From assembly GCA_973895155.1 (NCBI GenBank), contig OZ316897.1, forward strand, positions 12,051,832-12,115,831: a stretch of 64,000 nt of DNA. Direction: 5' to 3'. The DNA is from Marsupella aquatica. Its lineage: Eukaryota; Plantae; Marchantiophyta. Position 1 is the stretch's first letter; each line of letters starts with the position of its first letter. Below are positions 36,007 through 49,747 of this stretch, one piece after another. The notes below the pieces were generated by a model. The model was not told the origin of the DNA. It was given only the letters and a program-made list of their open reading frames with translations, and did not search any database. Both the position numbers and the translations under genes were made by a program.

Positions 36007-37425
36007 TTGGATCATGGTTCCGTTTGATGTTCTGCTAATCTGGATTGAGACTTGGTTCCAGTTCATTTTCTGCTATCTTTAGCTAATTGCAAACGTGTGC
36101 TACTTCTATACTAATAAGCGTGCCGTTCATTTGCTCTAATGTGTTCTTCCTCTGCCCCTACTGTAGCTCAACAACCGATATAGAAAGTGCTTCACGAAGT
36201 TAAAGACCTGTGGTCAGAAACCAAGTTCATGCCATTCCGGTTGGATATTCCTAAAAACGTTTCTACTCTTCCAGTTTCAGCCCAATTCCCTATTTGGGCA
36301 ACTCCTTTGGATTGTGGACTGGCTGGCGGTACCTACCCTGCAACAATTTGCTTCGAATAATCGCCAAATCAGGTTCCATGGCAGCGTTAATTTTTTCCCA
36401 GTTATGAAAAGAGGGGTTTCTTACGAAAGTTGTTCCTCGTGACTACTCGTGCCAGTGCCAATCACACGCTTCCCGCACCAACCCCTGCACTTCAACGGAT
36501 TTGCCCATCTTCAATTTTACCCCATAGAAGGTTTACTCTATTCAGCTCTCTTCAACGTAGACCGTGTCCTGCCCATCTACCATGGACACACAAATATTCC
36601 GAGAAGAAACATTCCAATGATCCTCATCTGTATCAAAATGAGTAATCAACTTTCCAGTTATCTTTGTTCATAAACCCATTCAACTGCCCGTCTTGCCTTG
36701 ACAACTCTACATATTTCCATTAACTATCATTAGCCTCAGTAACTTACTTGCCATGCCAATTTATCTCGTCTCTGTAAACGATCATCTCGTCACTGTAAAC
36801 GATCTCCACACAACCAACATCACAGGCAGGATTCCCCAAGATTTGATGTCTAAGAAGTCTCGAGATTTACCGAGACCTGTTTATTATGAACTCTGATCAA
36901 TTAATACCCGACCCCATGGATGAGTGGCTTCTCAAGACAGTTTGGACAGTCCGGTTGCTGGCCAGACGAATGGTTGGAATAGAATCCACGTTCAAAAGCA
37001 GATAAGTCACACTTGTTCCAACTTGTCGAACGACCACTTGCAGGAGGGCAATGAATTAACTCGCCACGAAAAACACCCAGTAATTCGTTTCAACTTTCAC
37101 AAAAGGTAGATTCCAATATGGATAGCGGGGTTGAACTGTCTATCTTGTATTAGAATACGAAATTATTTAATATACAAGAGTTCAAATAAATCTTACTACT
37201 ACAAGTAGTCAAAGAGGACCATAAACCTGTCCTCAGGACATGAATTTACACGGGCAACTTAAGTGTGCTTACAACAATCAAACCTTTCTCACTTGTTAAC
37301 ACAATCGCCTCTTTGCTTCATATCTCACTTCGCCGCATTTAATTACCCTCAAAAGGAGTTTCAAAGTACAATGGCATCCACCTTTATACAAATGATGTCG
37401 ACAGTCTCCAGGAACCAAAAAAATA

Positions 37426-40400
37426 TTAATCCTGCAATTTTAACCGGTTAAACAGGACCAGAAAATGGCGCTCGGGTACAGAATAGACAAACCCAAGTTC
37501 GGCACCATTTGTATGACCTCCCCCTTGCTGAAAGGACAATCCACAAGGCTGTGTCAGTCAAGGAAGATTGAAGAATTTTAAGGAACACAGTAACAGAAAA
37601 CCTTTCTTTTCGAAATAAGGTCAGTTTGCTCTTGGCATCACTCTATATGACAAACCCTCAACAGATCGTATTTTCAGGTGCCATTACACAGTACACATCT
37701 TTTGCTGTTGAATAGGAAACGACCCTCTGATATAAAGTGGTCTCAGGTGACAACATTTTGTACGTAACACACTGCGGGACAATACCTTTCCATCAAGAAG
37801 GACCATCTCTCCATCTATCCATTGTGGATTTCGAAATCCAGGTTCTGCCAGTCTTCCTTGACCTTTGTACCTACCAACCTGGGAGAATCACCAATCAGAA
37901 GTTAATCTTCTGTCTACTGGACTGATTCCACACGGTAGGAAACCCGAGTTAAAGGACGAAAGTTACAGATCAACACAATTCAGCATCAGAATTGCACGTT
38001 GCAACCACCACACAAGAGTACATCGGTATTACGGTAGCAAGATTTACATCCACAGAACTTGCAGTTTGGTAGACGCATATTCAGCCAACAAAATTCGTTC
38101 CAAAAAGTGCATCGAAAGTACTCAACACAAAAAATCAAACAGTTTCAATCGCCTTTAGATTGCGCGAGATAAATCTCACCACACCAAGTTCTTCTGGGTA
38201 GGCTCCACGCACTGACAGACGGTTTTCTCTACCTATTTTGGCCCGAAAAGTCACCTGTTCCGGAAGAGCAACAATTAGATCCTCTCAGACATTAAATGAA
38301 ACCCAATATGACCATAGTCATGCCACTTGCCATCAGAACTTGTACTGAAACCTGGCAGACATCAAGAGCCAATTTAAACTGGTTTATTGTGCCCAAGAAG
38401 CAGAGAAGACTGTTAAAGACTTCATGATGTGAAAGTGACAAAAAAGTGATTCTGGAAGGAACCCAGACCCAATCTACACTGACTTGTTGTGTCCAAAAAA
38501 GGAAAGACTCTTGAAGACACATGAAAATGAAACCGATAAGACGATGACTTTGTCCCACTTTTGAGACACGAGTTCTATATACTGCAGACACATAATGAAT
38601 AATAGACGGAATACAGAGCGGTGCTGGAAGCCCTTAAAATCATGTTTACCTGCCCTGCTGGAACATTCAGATCACCAGTCAGTTTGATAGCTTCCACATA
38701 CTCGAAAAATTCCAATTTATCCACATTAGGGCTGCTCTCATCCTCCTGCCATTGTCCATACTTTCGCCGTAATTGTACAACTTCTGAAGTGTAAGGCCCA
38801 AAGGCACCGATGTAAAGTCCTGCATCATCCAAAAGTGATCACATGAGGGAGTATGCTATTGACAAACCTCGACTATCCATGTTGTGAAAGAAAACCAGCC
38901 TCGACAGTCAACCTTCAGGGTCTCGGATCCACTAAACACAGTAGCTTTGTAAAAATCCAGAGACTTGATCTCCATGGAGGTTTCCTAGAGAAGCTTGGTG
39001 TCGACCGTAACATTCGTGGTCTGTTAACATGGGTCCAAAACAGGAGACTTTAAGATGATAAAGGGATCTGCGTTTCAACTATACCCTACACGAATTAAAC
39101 TTTTCGCAGATGAGGTCTCCCAAAAGTGCACAACCTGGGAGAGCACATATCACTTGTACAAATGACAGTGCTTCCACCCAGCCAGTAACGAGGGATACAG
39201 CAGGAATTAATTGCTACTGGTCCACACTTTCGAGGCGACCACAGCTAAGAACCATCAAAACGGCCCAAGCATGAAGGATTAACAGAAATTGGACAAGAGA
39301 GTGACATAGCAAGTACATTTCCCCAGAATCCTCCTATGGAGATCAACAAGAACCAAAGGATGGAAATTCTCTGATTGCCAAGTAGGAAGAAATCGCAAAT
39401 AACTCCGGTAAGAGAACTGGAGCTCACCACTTAGGGGATCAGTACCACCATCTGAAACATTTATTCGACGAAAAGAAGTACTTTTAGAGAGGCCTCTACG
39501 CCTCTGCGCCTGGCTAACTGCCAATCTTATGATTTCTCCCATCTCCTTAGATACCTGGAGAAAAGATGGAGAATTGTTTCAGAGAAGATGACCACACGAT
39601 ACTTCTCAGAAAAAAAGAGTGAGAAACAACAGATCCACAAGCATTTTAACACAAATCCTCACTACAACTAGTTGTAAATTTGCCGAAACCCTGCCACTAA
39701 GACGCCCTCTACCCTTTTAGGTCCTACGCTCACCTTTACTGGAACTTTCTCCACATTCCACAGGACCTTTGCAACATCATCGGGCATAAGATCAGCGGAT
39801 GCCTGGGTTGCAATTGTAGCCACCTTCCACGCAGGAAGTGATTCTTTCGTCGATGTTGACGATGACGTTGATGCTGGAGAAGGTCCGCCAGTATCCTCAA
39901 TGTAGAAAACAAATTCATCTTTACTTTGGACCTCAATTTTCGCTGAAACCCGCAACGGAGCCCTTGGAACTTTGTCATCTACCGTGTTTTGAAGGACACC
40001 CCCAATAACAAGTCTGATAGGCGTCTCTTGTTCCTCTGTGGAGCTGCTGTTATTGCTGCTACCAACTGGGACCTTATCTTGCCCAGATTGCCCCACAGGT
40101 GAGCTCTCACCACTACTGCTGGCCTCAGTTTCAGTATCCTTTGCAGCATCCTCTTTCTCTTCAGCTTCCATAATTTGTTCTACTAAGTTAGGAAGCTCTG
40201 ACTTTAGGTCCTCTGGGGCAATGACCTGCAACACATTCAATTTCACATCCGGCATTCTATCCTTAAGAAAGCTGATAATGTTGTTGATACCCTCATCTAT
40301 GAAGTCGTCGGAGTTCTTTGACACATCGTCACTCTTGTCTGAGGAGTTCGGGTTATCTTTCGTCTTCAAGTCTTCCTTGCTGCCATTCTTGGGACTCAGT

Positions 40401-42747
40401 CCACTTAAATCGATGTCCTTGGACGTGGGGCCCATCAGTGTATCGGCCGGCACATTTCCCTCTCGTTGCAAATAAACAGCCTGCAGAGCACAAGAGCTTC
40501 TTCATTGTCAAACCAAAGTAGAACACGTCATCAAATCCTCCATCAACAATTCTTATGCTCTGCAGAAGAAAAAATATATTCTGAGCAGGAAGGCTCGTGA
40601 ACCTCTGCAAGTAAAAATATACCTGTTTGTCGTAGTTGATTTCTCCATCTTTTCTTAAAAACACTTCAAATAATGGTATGCCAGTTCCAGCTGTAGCAAG
40701 TTGCCTGAAATCAGATTGGCAACTGTTATTAGGGAACACACGCAGAACATATTGACAAGCGTGTAACCGGCAGGCTGCACCCAAATCTTTTTCAGATGGA
40801 GCATTATTGAATAATATTGAACGAGATGAAATGTATCATCAAGTTGATTTCTGTCTCCATGAAGGTGGAATGCACATCATAGGACTCATTTACTCGTCTT
40901 CTTCAAGGTCAAGATAATGAACCCGTGCATCCTAAAAATGATAGACAACTGTACTGATATGACACGAGACCAACACATCCTGAAAACTGAATTTCTCATG
41001 GGCCGACTACTATCTGTTTCCCGACGACTACATATTGTGATTCGTCGTTCCGCTAAAACACTGCCACAAATGCTTGAGAGACACAGAGCGAGCCAGTATG
41101 ATACATTTACTTGCTGTTCAGCAGAAGAGAAAACTCCATACCTTGCGCTATAGCTTTTAGCGATGAATCTTCCTTGAGACGCAGCAATGTGGATAATGCG
41201 ACCGTAGGGATCATTTCCACCTTCAGCCAAGCCCACCCACCAGCCCACCTGGCCAACGAGAATAACCACAAACTTAAACGACGGCCCTAAATTTTATGGG
41301 ATACACAAACAATCAACATCTTTAAATGCAGACCTGGAGGGTTCTTTTAAGGCAATTCATCCCAAAAGAACAAGGCCCGCGAGTCCATCTCTCCAAAATA
41401 TCAGAAACAATAGGTCTAAGCCACCGTCTCCCAATTTAAAGCGTTGGCGTTAATAATTGAAAACATACCAGTCCAGCACCAGCCTTGTCACGAAATCTTG
41501 CTGCGTCACTGTAACGCTCTTCTTCTAGAGCAGTCTGGGATACAGGTCAACGGCAACAGTTTGTGAGAGTCATTCCAAGAGTGCGGCCAATCGCTTCGCT
41601 TATGAAACCATGCTCGCGTATTCAAAAGGTAGGGGCAATGCTGACTTTAATGCTCGTCGAGTTAAAGCTGCAACGGAAGGATTAGAAATAAAACCTACCT
41701 TCAGCCCACTCATAACTTCAGAAACTAGGTCACTGGCTGTAGCTGATGCAATAGTTTGCTTCAACTTAGCTGCTTCCTGGAAATCCTCGTTATCCACGGC
41801 TTCCTCCAATTGAAACTGTACCAAGTGATAGCCCAAAATGTCAATCGCAATTCCAAATCGTGACCTTCCAAATAGAAGCAGCTCATATAGAATTCAGATC
41901 TTTAAGGAGCTTTGGGATGTGGGAAGAGGCACGTCGTTGGGTGCTTCCTATAATATTGGGGTCTTCTACTCTGAATTCCAAATAGACTAGAACTGTAAGC
42001 CAAGTCGTACATCCCGCGTGTGGCCTAAAGTACGAGAATTACCTTCAACACGGAAACCAACCTCTCCCTTTCATCGACGTCAGCAAACACTTTCTGCCAC
42101 CCTTCCCATTCCGATTCAGGCTTCCCATCAGAACTAGATTCTGCCTTTGACCTTGACAATTTAATGTTGTCCAGGTAATCCTGCAGCTTCTTACTCGCGT
42201 TCGTCATCATATCTCGGAATGGATCGCCAACCTTTGCAGCTGCTTCCTTCATCCGCTTGTGGCGCGCAGGTAGATCCCATACAGATGAAGATCCGGATTC
42301 CTCTTCAGCGTCCCCTCTAGAAGAATCGTCGCTACTTCCCCCCTGCTGCGCTCCAGCACCGGCCGTAGCCCTAATTCCCCCCCTCCTAATCCTACAATTC
42401 CTACTGCTGCCTGTGGTGGCACTACTCCCTAGTGATGGTGAAGATTGGCAGCAATCGCCACCAAGCTCCCTGAACCTACTTCTAAACTTTCCTGCGTCCG
42501 CCTTCTTAGGCAGACCTCGTAATCCCACAAAACTGACCGCGCCAGGGCCATAATGGTGGTGGGACGATGCCACTAATCTGCTACTGATGCACCCAGTGGT
42601 AGTCAAGCTTTCCTCCTGTAGCTTCGAAGAACCCTTCCCAGTAATCAGAGAAGAAGCATGATGATGGTAATGATGTGCGAAGTCATACGGAGGGGCAGAA
42701 CCAGCGCCCAACGCCGGCCGCCCCAACCCAAGCACCTGTGCTTTCAT
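37426..42747 (-). CDS. EX1: EXECUTER (EX1/EX2 family) chloroplast singlet-oxygen signalling protein; 11 exons: 42747-42043, 41815-41699, 41534-41469, 41248-41142, 40704-40623, 40480-39734, 39554-39428, 38819-38650, 38254-38180, 37878-37786, 37527-37426
   Basis: Transit-peptide-like N-terminus; UVR motifs ([33 protein letters not shown]); GWWVG..DPYGRII; DUF3506 C-terminus ([63 protein letters not shown]). The sequence alone does not resolve EX1 from EX2. Confidence 0.93.
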
Positions 42748-43247
42748 CCTTTTCCTTCACGCAGCAGAGACAGTCTCTCCCGTTCCCTAAATCGAGCACT
42801 CCTAATCCTCCTCCTCCTCGCTGCTCCGTCTCCTCCACCCCGAGCTTTCAATCACACGTACTGTACCGCCGCTCCCCCCTGGCCGTGACCATCTCTCGAG
42901 CACCCTACTCTCCTTTCTTCTAGCATCCACACCACCACCGTCACAAGCCGCACCAGAGTTCGATTTCTTTCCCAAATCTACAACCAAACAAACAGAAAAC
43001 CCTGCTCTCTCTCGACACGAAGAAGGTCGACAGTGAGCGTTTTCAGTTCGATTCTGATATTTTCGAGTGGCAAGAGTGCGCCCGTCACTCACTCGATGGT
43101 GGTGGAGGACTGTGAGTGAATCAGTCCATGGCGGAGTGAGCAGCCAGCGAGCCAAGCAAGCCACAGTGCGCGAGCGAGCCTCACAAAAGACGACAACTAC
43201 GATCCCGAAGAAGCGGGATTGGGCAACGACAGCGAACTCTCGCTTCT

Positions 43248-43712
43248 CTGCTTTTTTGCCCCTCGAAAATCCAACTTTATTCACTCCCTTCTCTTCTACT
43301 GTTGTGCTGCTTTTTTGCCCCTCGAAAATCCAACTTTATTCACTCCCTTCTCTTCTACTGTTGTGCTGCTTTTTTGCCCTCGAAAATCCAACTTTATGCA
43401 CTCCCTTCTCTTCTACTATTGAAGTGCTTTCTTGCCCTTGAAAATCCAACTTTATTCACTCCCTTCTCTTCTACTATTGTACTGCTTTTTCGCCCTCGAA
43501 AATCCATCTTTATTCACTCCCTTCTCTTCTACTATTGTAGTGCTTTGTTGCCCTCGAAAATCCAACTTTATTCACTCCCTTCTCTTCTACTATTGTACTG
43601 CTTCTTCGCCCTCGAAAATCTAACTTTATTCAATCCCTTCTCTTCTACTATTCTGCTTTTTTGCCTTCGAAAATCCAACTTTATTCCCTCCCTTCTCTTC
43701 TACTATTGTACT
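43248..43712. repeat. ~59-60-bp minisatellite, ~8 copies, immediately upstream of EXECUTER
   Basis: Unit gccctcgaaaatccaactttattcactcccttctcttctactattgtactgcttttt. Confidence 0.97.
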
Positions 43713-45087
43713 CCTGTACAATATACCTTGTCTAAGTGGCAGGGTCGTGAGAAGACACCCCAAGCGTGCAGTTATCACATTATGCACTTTATCTTAAGTG
43801 CATGTTGCACTTCTCCATATGTGTTTGTTGTACTTTCCAATAAAAGCCTATGAAATCACTTATGCACTTCCACAAATTACTTGACAAGTCATACACACAG
43901 ACTTCTCATACACAGAATACTCTTAGTGCACAATTCAATTGGATAAATGCATGAAACTAAAATATGTTATTGTTTGATGCACTTATCAATAAATGCTTCT
44001 AACAAATGTGTTGCACTCATTGATTGATGCATTTGTATTTTTATAGAGGAAAAATGCCCTTATGTATTTGTCATGTAGTGACGGGACCTGCATTTACAGA
44101 TGGTACAGTTTTTGGTGCATTTACAAAAAAAAAATGCTATATTATTGAGGGACTACACAACCACCCTACGGTTACCCATGGAATGCAATTATACACACTG
44201 CACTTATCCAAGAGAAACTGGAGTGTAATCTGCACTCTAGTGTCCCCTATTATTGCCCGTGTCCCCTATTATTGCCAGCCGATGCTGCTCCCTAGGACGC
44301 TACCTTATTGCCCTCCATGATTTCTTCTCATGATTTTTCTCTTTCCAAGTTTTCTAAGTTTTCAAACATTTATGGAAAAGAATGGCCTCGGTCCTATAAT
44401 TGCACATCAAAAATTAGTACAGTAGTTGGATACTTAATACCCTAAATTGCAAAAAAACATTTTTTTACTGACATAGCACTTTCTCTTTATAACAAAATCC
44501 ACAGTTGTCTGGCTTGGCCCCTCTAGTTTACCAGGTTCGTGGGAGTCATCCGTCCTTGAAGTACTTTCTGCTGGCGTACTGCAAATAATGTTAACCAATC
44601 ATTAAATTCTACTAAACCAAATTGGCTCTTGGACAGAACCAATTGTACATTGGAGCAAGGGTAGATATTGTAAAGAGAAAGGATTGACAGAGTCAGGGAT
44701 TGAGATTGTCTAGACAAATAGGATATGTACTTGCAAGGCCAATGGGAGGATAAAAGGGGGAATCCATTGGCATACTGTAGGGAAAATATGAGGGAAAAAT
44801 AGAAAGAATCATTTGTACTTGTTTTGCAGGGTTATCCTTTTTGCAGGGATTGGTTAATTTATTTTCTTCTATACTAAATTTCTTTAGATTTTTTTTTACA
44901 CATTTAAATTACAAATTCAAATGACGACCACTTTTAAAAAGGGCCCAACTCTTTATTATAGTTTTGGTAGGTAAGTATTATCAAGCCAGAACTAGCCTTA
45001 GCAAGCCTATACCCTGCAAGCTCCAAGTTTTGGAGTCACCCGAAATAGACTTAAAGCAAAGCATGTCACCAGCGCTGAGTGGTATGA

Positions 45088-46826
45088 ACCAGCATTACTT
45101 TTAGTGGCAAAAAATTGTCAAATTCCTCTCCAGTGAAATATATTGGCCTCTCTTTCAGTCTTCACTTTAGCCGGTCTCCCACCTAGGCAAAAGATCCCAT
45201 TAGCCACGGTTGTCCTTAAAACTAGGGAGATTGAGCCAAAAATTAATCTAGGAAAATTAGGTGAAAAATATTCTTAGCATTTTCTCCTTCCCACAGAGTG
45301 ACATTTGTCACCTTGGCCAAAAAGGAAAAACCTTAACTAAAAAATTACCCTAATATCAACAGAGAGTAGAGGAGCAACGATTTGGGTACTAGCATGCCAC
45401 TGTACCAACCAGCATTATTTCAGTGGCATGCTAGTACCCAAATTCCATCTCACTAACAAGTATTCACCACTTTCAGGGAACTGGCCATACTTTTTGTCTT
45501 CCCAAAACAAGATTTCCCACAGACCCCATTAGCCAAAATCTGGTGGTTATCATTAAGCTTAGAAAGCTCTACTGGTCGTAGATAATCTAGGACGAGTAGA
45601 TAAAAAGTATGTTTAGCATATCGGTGGCACAAAGGATGGGGCATCAATGTGGAGAGGACTCCGACCACGACCACGATGACGACACGGAGAGAGAAAGGTG
45701 CCTACGGTGAACAGCAGTTGTGGGCTCCATTAGTTAATAGGCAAGGGCGGTGGGGCCATGGGGACTTTGGTCTAACAGGCACAAGGGCCACAGAAAGAGG
45801 ACGGGGGCCCTGACCCTGAGGCCATAGTTGCTTTGGTCCAATAATAGGCCCATGCCCATTCCTGGGATATCAAAGAAGTCAGGAACCTGGGGGTGGGGGG
45901 TTTAAAGTTCGCCTCCCGGTAATTTCACAGTAAACTGGGACAACATACGGTGTTACACTCAGTGATTTGATTATTCTGTTTGGGTTTATCATGGTGTGGA
46001 CTGACATTATACACCTTATATTGTCATATTTTTTAGGTGCAATTAATTAAGAGGGTGCGTCAAGTTTGGCCTCTAGTCTATGCTTCATACCACAGCCTAG
46101 GTGCACACTACTAATAGACCTGCCCAAATGGCTGATCGACCAGCTTACCATAAAACATGTTTTTCGATGATCTTTAAGATAGTTATCCCTTTTATGATGC
46201 ACTATTTTGTGGACACATATTTCACCAAGACGTATGCTTTGACCCACAAAAATTCACAGAAATATGGTATGTTTTATTACATACATTTTTGTATCATACT
46301 AGCTTGATTACCCATTCCTTGAATGTAAATAAAGATGAGTAGAAGATATAACTACCTTAAATAGAGATGAGTACAAGTTTCAACTGTAAAGGAACCTACC
46401 TTACAAGGAAGTCCCGAATGATAGATAGAGGCTGGAATTTGAGAAAGTCCCCTGTTTGCCACCATCAAATCCACATCAAGGAAGGGTTCACCAGAAAGTA
46501 ATACACACTTGTACTCTTAAATGCCTTTATAAACTATAGGTTTCCTGCCAGCATTTTTTTTAGTGGCAAAAATTTGCCAGATTCCACCTCTCTAAAAAGC
46601 CTTCCCCACTTTTGGCAAAAATTGGCTAGTTTTTCTTCTATCTCGTAAGCCAGTGTCCCACCTAAAATCATAGGCCCCATTAGCCAGAATCTAACAGTCA
46701 TCCTTGAATCTAGGGAAATCTAACGCTCAAGAAAATATTCCAGAAAATCAGAGAAAAAAAATTTGGAGCATCTTCTCCTTCAGAGATAGACATTAGCCAC
46801 TATGGCCAAAAAGTAAAAACCTTAAA
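45088..46826 (+). mobile_element. dispersed ~260-280-bp non-autonomous repeat (MITE-like): copies at ~45088-45336 and ~46540-46826, plus a partial copy at ~45408-45570
   Basis: Shared blocks ccagcatt...tagtggcaaaaa, cccacct, cccattagcca, agcat.tt.tccttc and ggccaaaaag.aaaaaccttaa. Confidence 0.55.
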
Positions 46827-47434
46827 GTTTAGACTGGTTCCTGCCCTCCCTCTGGAACTAGTCGTCACATAGACCAAATTTTAAAAACCAAAAATTAAAA
46901 AAGGTCGGTGCACTTAGGCGAGTGTAATTACTACCCTATCTGGTAATACGTACAAAGGCTCACCGACTGAACCGGTCAGCCTTTATCCAAAATAAGCCAG
47001 ACGTACGATCAGTGTGTTATAGTACTTGCACACTCAGCATTAGAACGCTGCAATCCCGGGCCTCAATTCCGACACTTCTTAAATGTTTCCTACGAAAGAT
47101 GCGGTAACGCGCTCGTGGTCAAGGCTGGAACGTTGGAACCTCACACAGAATGATGCAAACCATGGCAAACCCAAAGACAGATTGGATAAATTGCTGATTA
47201 TTGAGTCGCAACAGTTTCTCTCCCCAAAGACCCAACTCCTTCGAGGATAGTAATTCCTTGTTTCATTGAGTCTATGAAATCGCAAAGCTGAAGATAGATT
47301 GTACGAAGTGGAGATTGAGTCGCAGCAATCGCAGCCCGACCAAGGTGGCGCTTCGAGCATTGTAATTACTTGGTGGATGGACGAAGCATCGTGAGGAGGA
47401 GAAAAGGACGAGGACGAGGAGAGGAGAGCAGAGG

Positions 47435-49747
47435 ATGGGAGAGGAGAAGAAGATGGATATCGACAGCTTCTCGGTGGGACCGCTGCCTTCAATTTTCTAC
47501 GTCCCATGTTTTCTGACTCCTTCGGAGCAAGCCTATTTTCTGCACCAGGTACATTGCTTTGGAAATTTATTTTTTCTTTCGAAATCTGTATGGCAGCTCC
47601 TCTCTGTTTGGAATTTCTTTGAAACACTTCGCTCTCGATGCGTTTGTCTTCTGCAATGTTGGGAGGCTTTCCGTTCATGCCGTGTTGACTGATTGCACTC
47701 CAGGAGCCCTAATTCCGCTCCTGGATGTGAGTGAGAGTGCTGAAATAGGGCTGCTGGATAAATTGCTGATCAATGTTATGCAGTTTGGGGAAATTGTGTA
47801 TCTTGAGAAGTCGAATTGTCCCACTTCAGGAGCCTTCTGTCTCCAAAAAGTGAGTGAGATATAGAATCAGGGCTACTCGACAGATTCTTGTCAAGTCTCT
47901 CTTATTGCGAAGCTATGGAAATAATGTTGCGCCCTTTGGGGACGTCTAAACTATTCATGGCCTGAGACTTTGCTACCTGGATTTGTGGTGATAGGTGAAT
48001 AGCGCTCCAGTTTCTAAATGGAAGACTCTGAAGAATCGTCGACTGCAAAATTGGGGTAATCCATCCGATTTCCATCTGCAATCAGTCCAAGTTGTTTCCC
48101 TACGTGCCTAGCAAAATTCTTCATTACTACTGCTCTCAAATGGCGTTCCCTACTGAAGGCCGATTTCCATACCCCCGTCCTCTCCTCGACCCTCCTGCTT
48201 GTTAAGTTGTCACGATCATGTTAGATGAAATTCGAGTTGAACACCACCTCACGTAGGAACTCGTTTGAGGATTGTGTCGCGAATCAATAGGAATCCCAAT
48301 ATAAGGAGTATGCTGTTTCTAGCGTATATTTTTTGTTTAACGAGGAACCCAGACTTGGTAAATTGTGGGATAACTCTTACCCCAGTTTTTTTTCGATTCT
48401 TTGGAAGCAGGTGGCGTTGTGCACGAGAAGGGCCTGATTGCTCAATCTTGTCGGTATCTCTCTTTACCCCTTTGTTCTGATGATTGCTTGAAGATGTTAT
48501 CTCTGTTGAGCCTTGAGCTGGCAATGGGCTAAGTTTTTCATTCCTATAGACCATTCCGAAGGATTCAAGTTTTACTGATTTGTCGTTCTCTCTGTGTAGT
48601 GCCTCCTTGGTTGACGACACTGACAAAAAGGATATCCACCGAAACAGGCCTTTTCCCTTCCCCAATCAACCATGTCCTTGTGAATGAATATGAAGCTGGG
48701 CAGGGCATTATGGTATGTAACCTAAAGAGTACGGGTGTTCATTCCTCGCCCGTACTTGAGCATTTCACATTCTGTATATCTGTTTCCATTTGGCAGTCTT
48801 TAACTCCCATGACAACAATGTGACTCATTTTACTTCCGTGACCGTGTGGAAGCCACATCAAGATGGCCCGATCTACTTCCCAGTGGTTGCAATTGTCTCT
48901 CTTGGATCACCGACTCTGATGCGTTTTGTACCCCATCAAAGCATTGCGGAAGCGAAGGAAGAGATACATCCCACTTCTACCAAGCAAATGGGAGAACCGC
49001 TAAGTGACATGGCAGATGCCCAAAATGGAAGAAACGATTCGTATGGCCAATGCATGCCCAAGGAGGATAACTCTGGCGCGGTAGAAGACCATGAGAAGCC
49101 TAGGGAATTACGACCCCAGATATGCGAGCAGAGCACTTCTCCAAAAGATGTATCTGTGATATTGATGCCAGGAAGCTTGCTATTATTCAAAGACTCTGCG
49201 TATCAAGGTGACTAAGCCTGTCGAGAATGTGCTTGCCAGTCATTGTGGGTGAATTGTCCATCTTAGTCGAGTGTCTGGTTTTGACTTTTTGCGTGAAACT
49301 GATAGGTACAACAGTTGATTTGCATAATTTCCTAATGATTGTCTGGTTCCCATGTCAGAATATCTGCACGGAATTGAAGATTGTGTTGAGCACAAATTGG
49401 ATGTCTCGGTAAGTTTCACCGTCGAGCGCTTTTGTTGTCATCTGAATTATCCTGTTGCTGTTGACATTTCGAAGTCCTTGACTTTCATCATTTCGGATTT
49501 GTGAAACAAAAGGACAGCAAGAGAACAGATTAACGATCCCCATTCGCTGCTTCTACTGTTGCAGGTTGTCAACGCGCAGACGTTAACGGATGGAGACAAT
49601 GGCAGGAATTTGTCGTTGCTGAAGGAACAGGAAAATTTGAATGGCAGAGATAATTACCAGTCATACATTCTGCAGCGCACAGGAACACGCATTTCCCTCA
49701 CTTGCAGGCTTGTTCCGAAAGTGCAGGGGAAGTTCCTTAGGTTATGA
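47435..49747 (+). CDS. ALKBH6: AlkB homolog 6 (2OG-Fe(II) dioxygenase); exons 47435-47548, 47995-48055, 48411-48449, 48600-48712, 48853-49207, 49359-49408, 49565-49747
   Basis: Motifs [52 protein letters not shown] (HxD), VAIVSLGS, YLHGIE and RISLTCRLVPKV. GT-AG junctions keep frame. Confidence 0.93.

Noticed and set aside
36290-36640. Minus-strand peptide MEPDLAIIRSKLLQGRY, faintly bromodomain-like
   Set aside because: Too short, quickly stopped, and no supportable exon chain.
43067-43853. Repetitive ORFs (ENPTLFTPFSST / RKSNFIHSLLFYY)
   Set aside because: Translations of the 59-60-bp minisatellite, which shifts frame between units.
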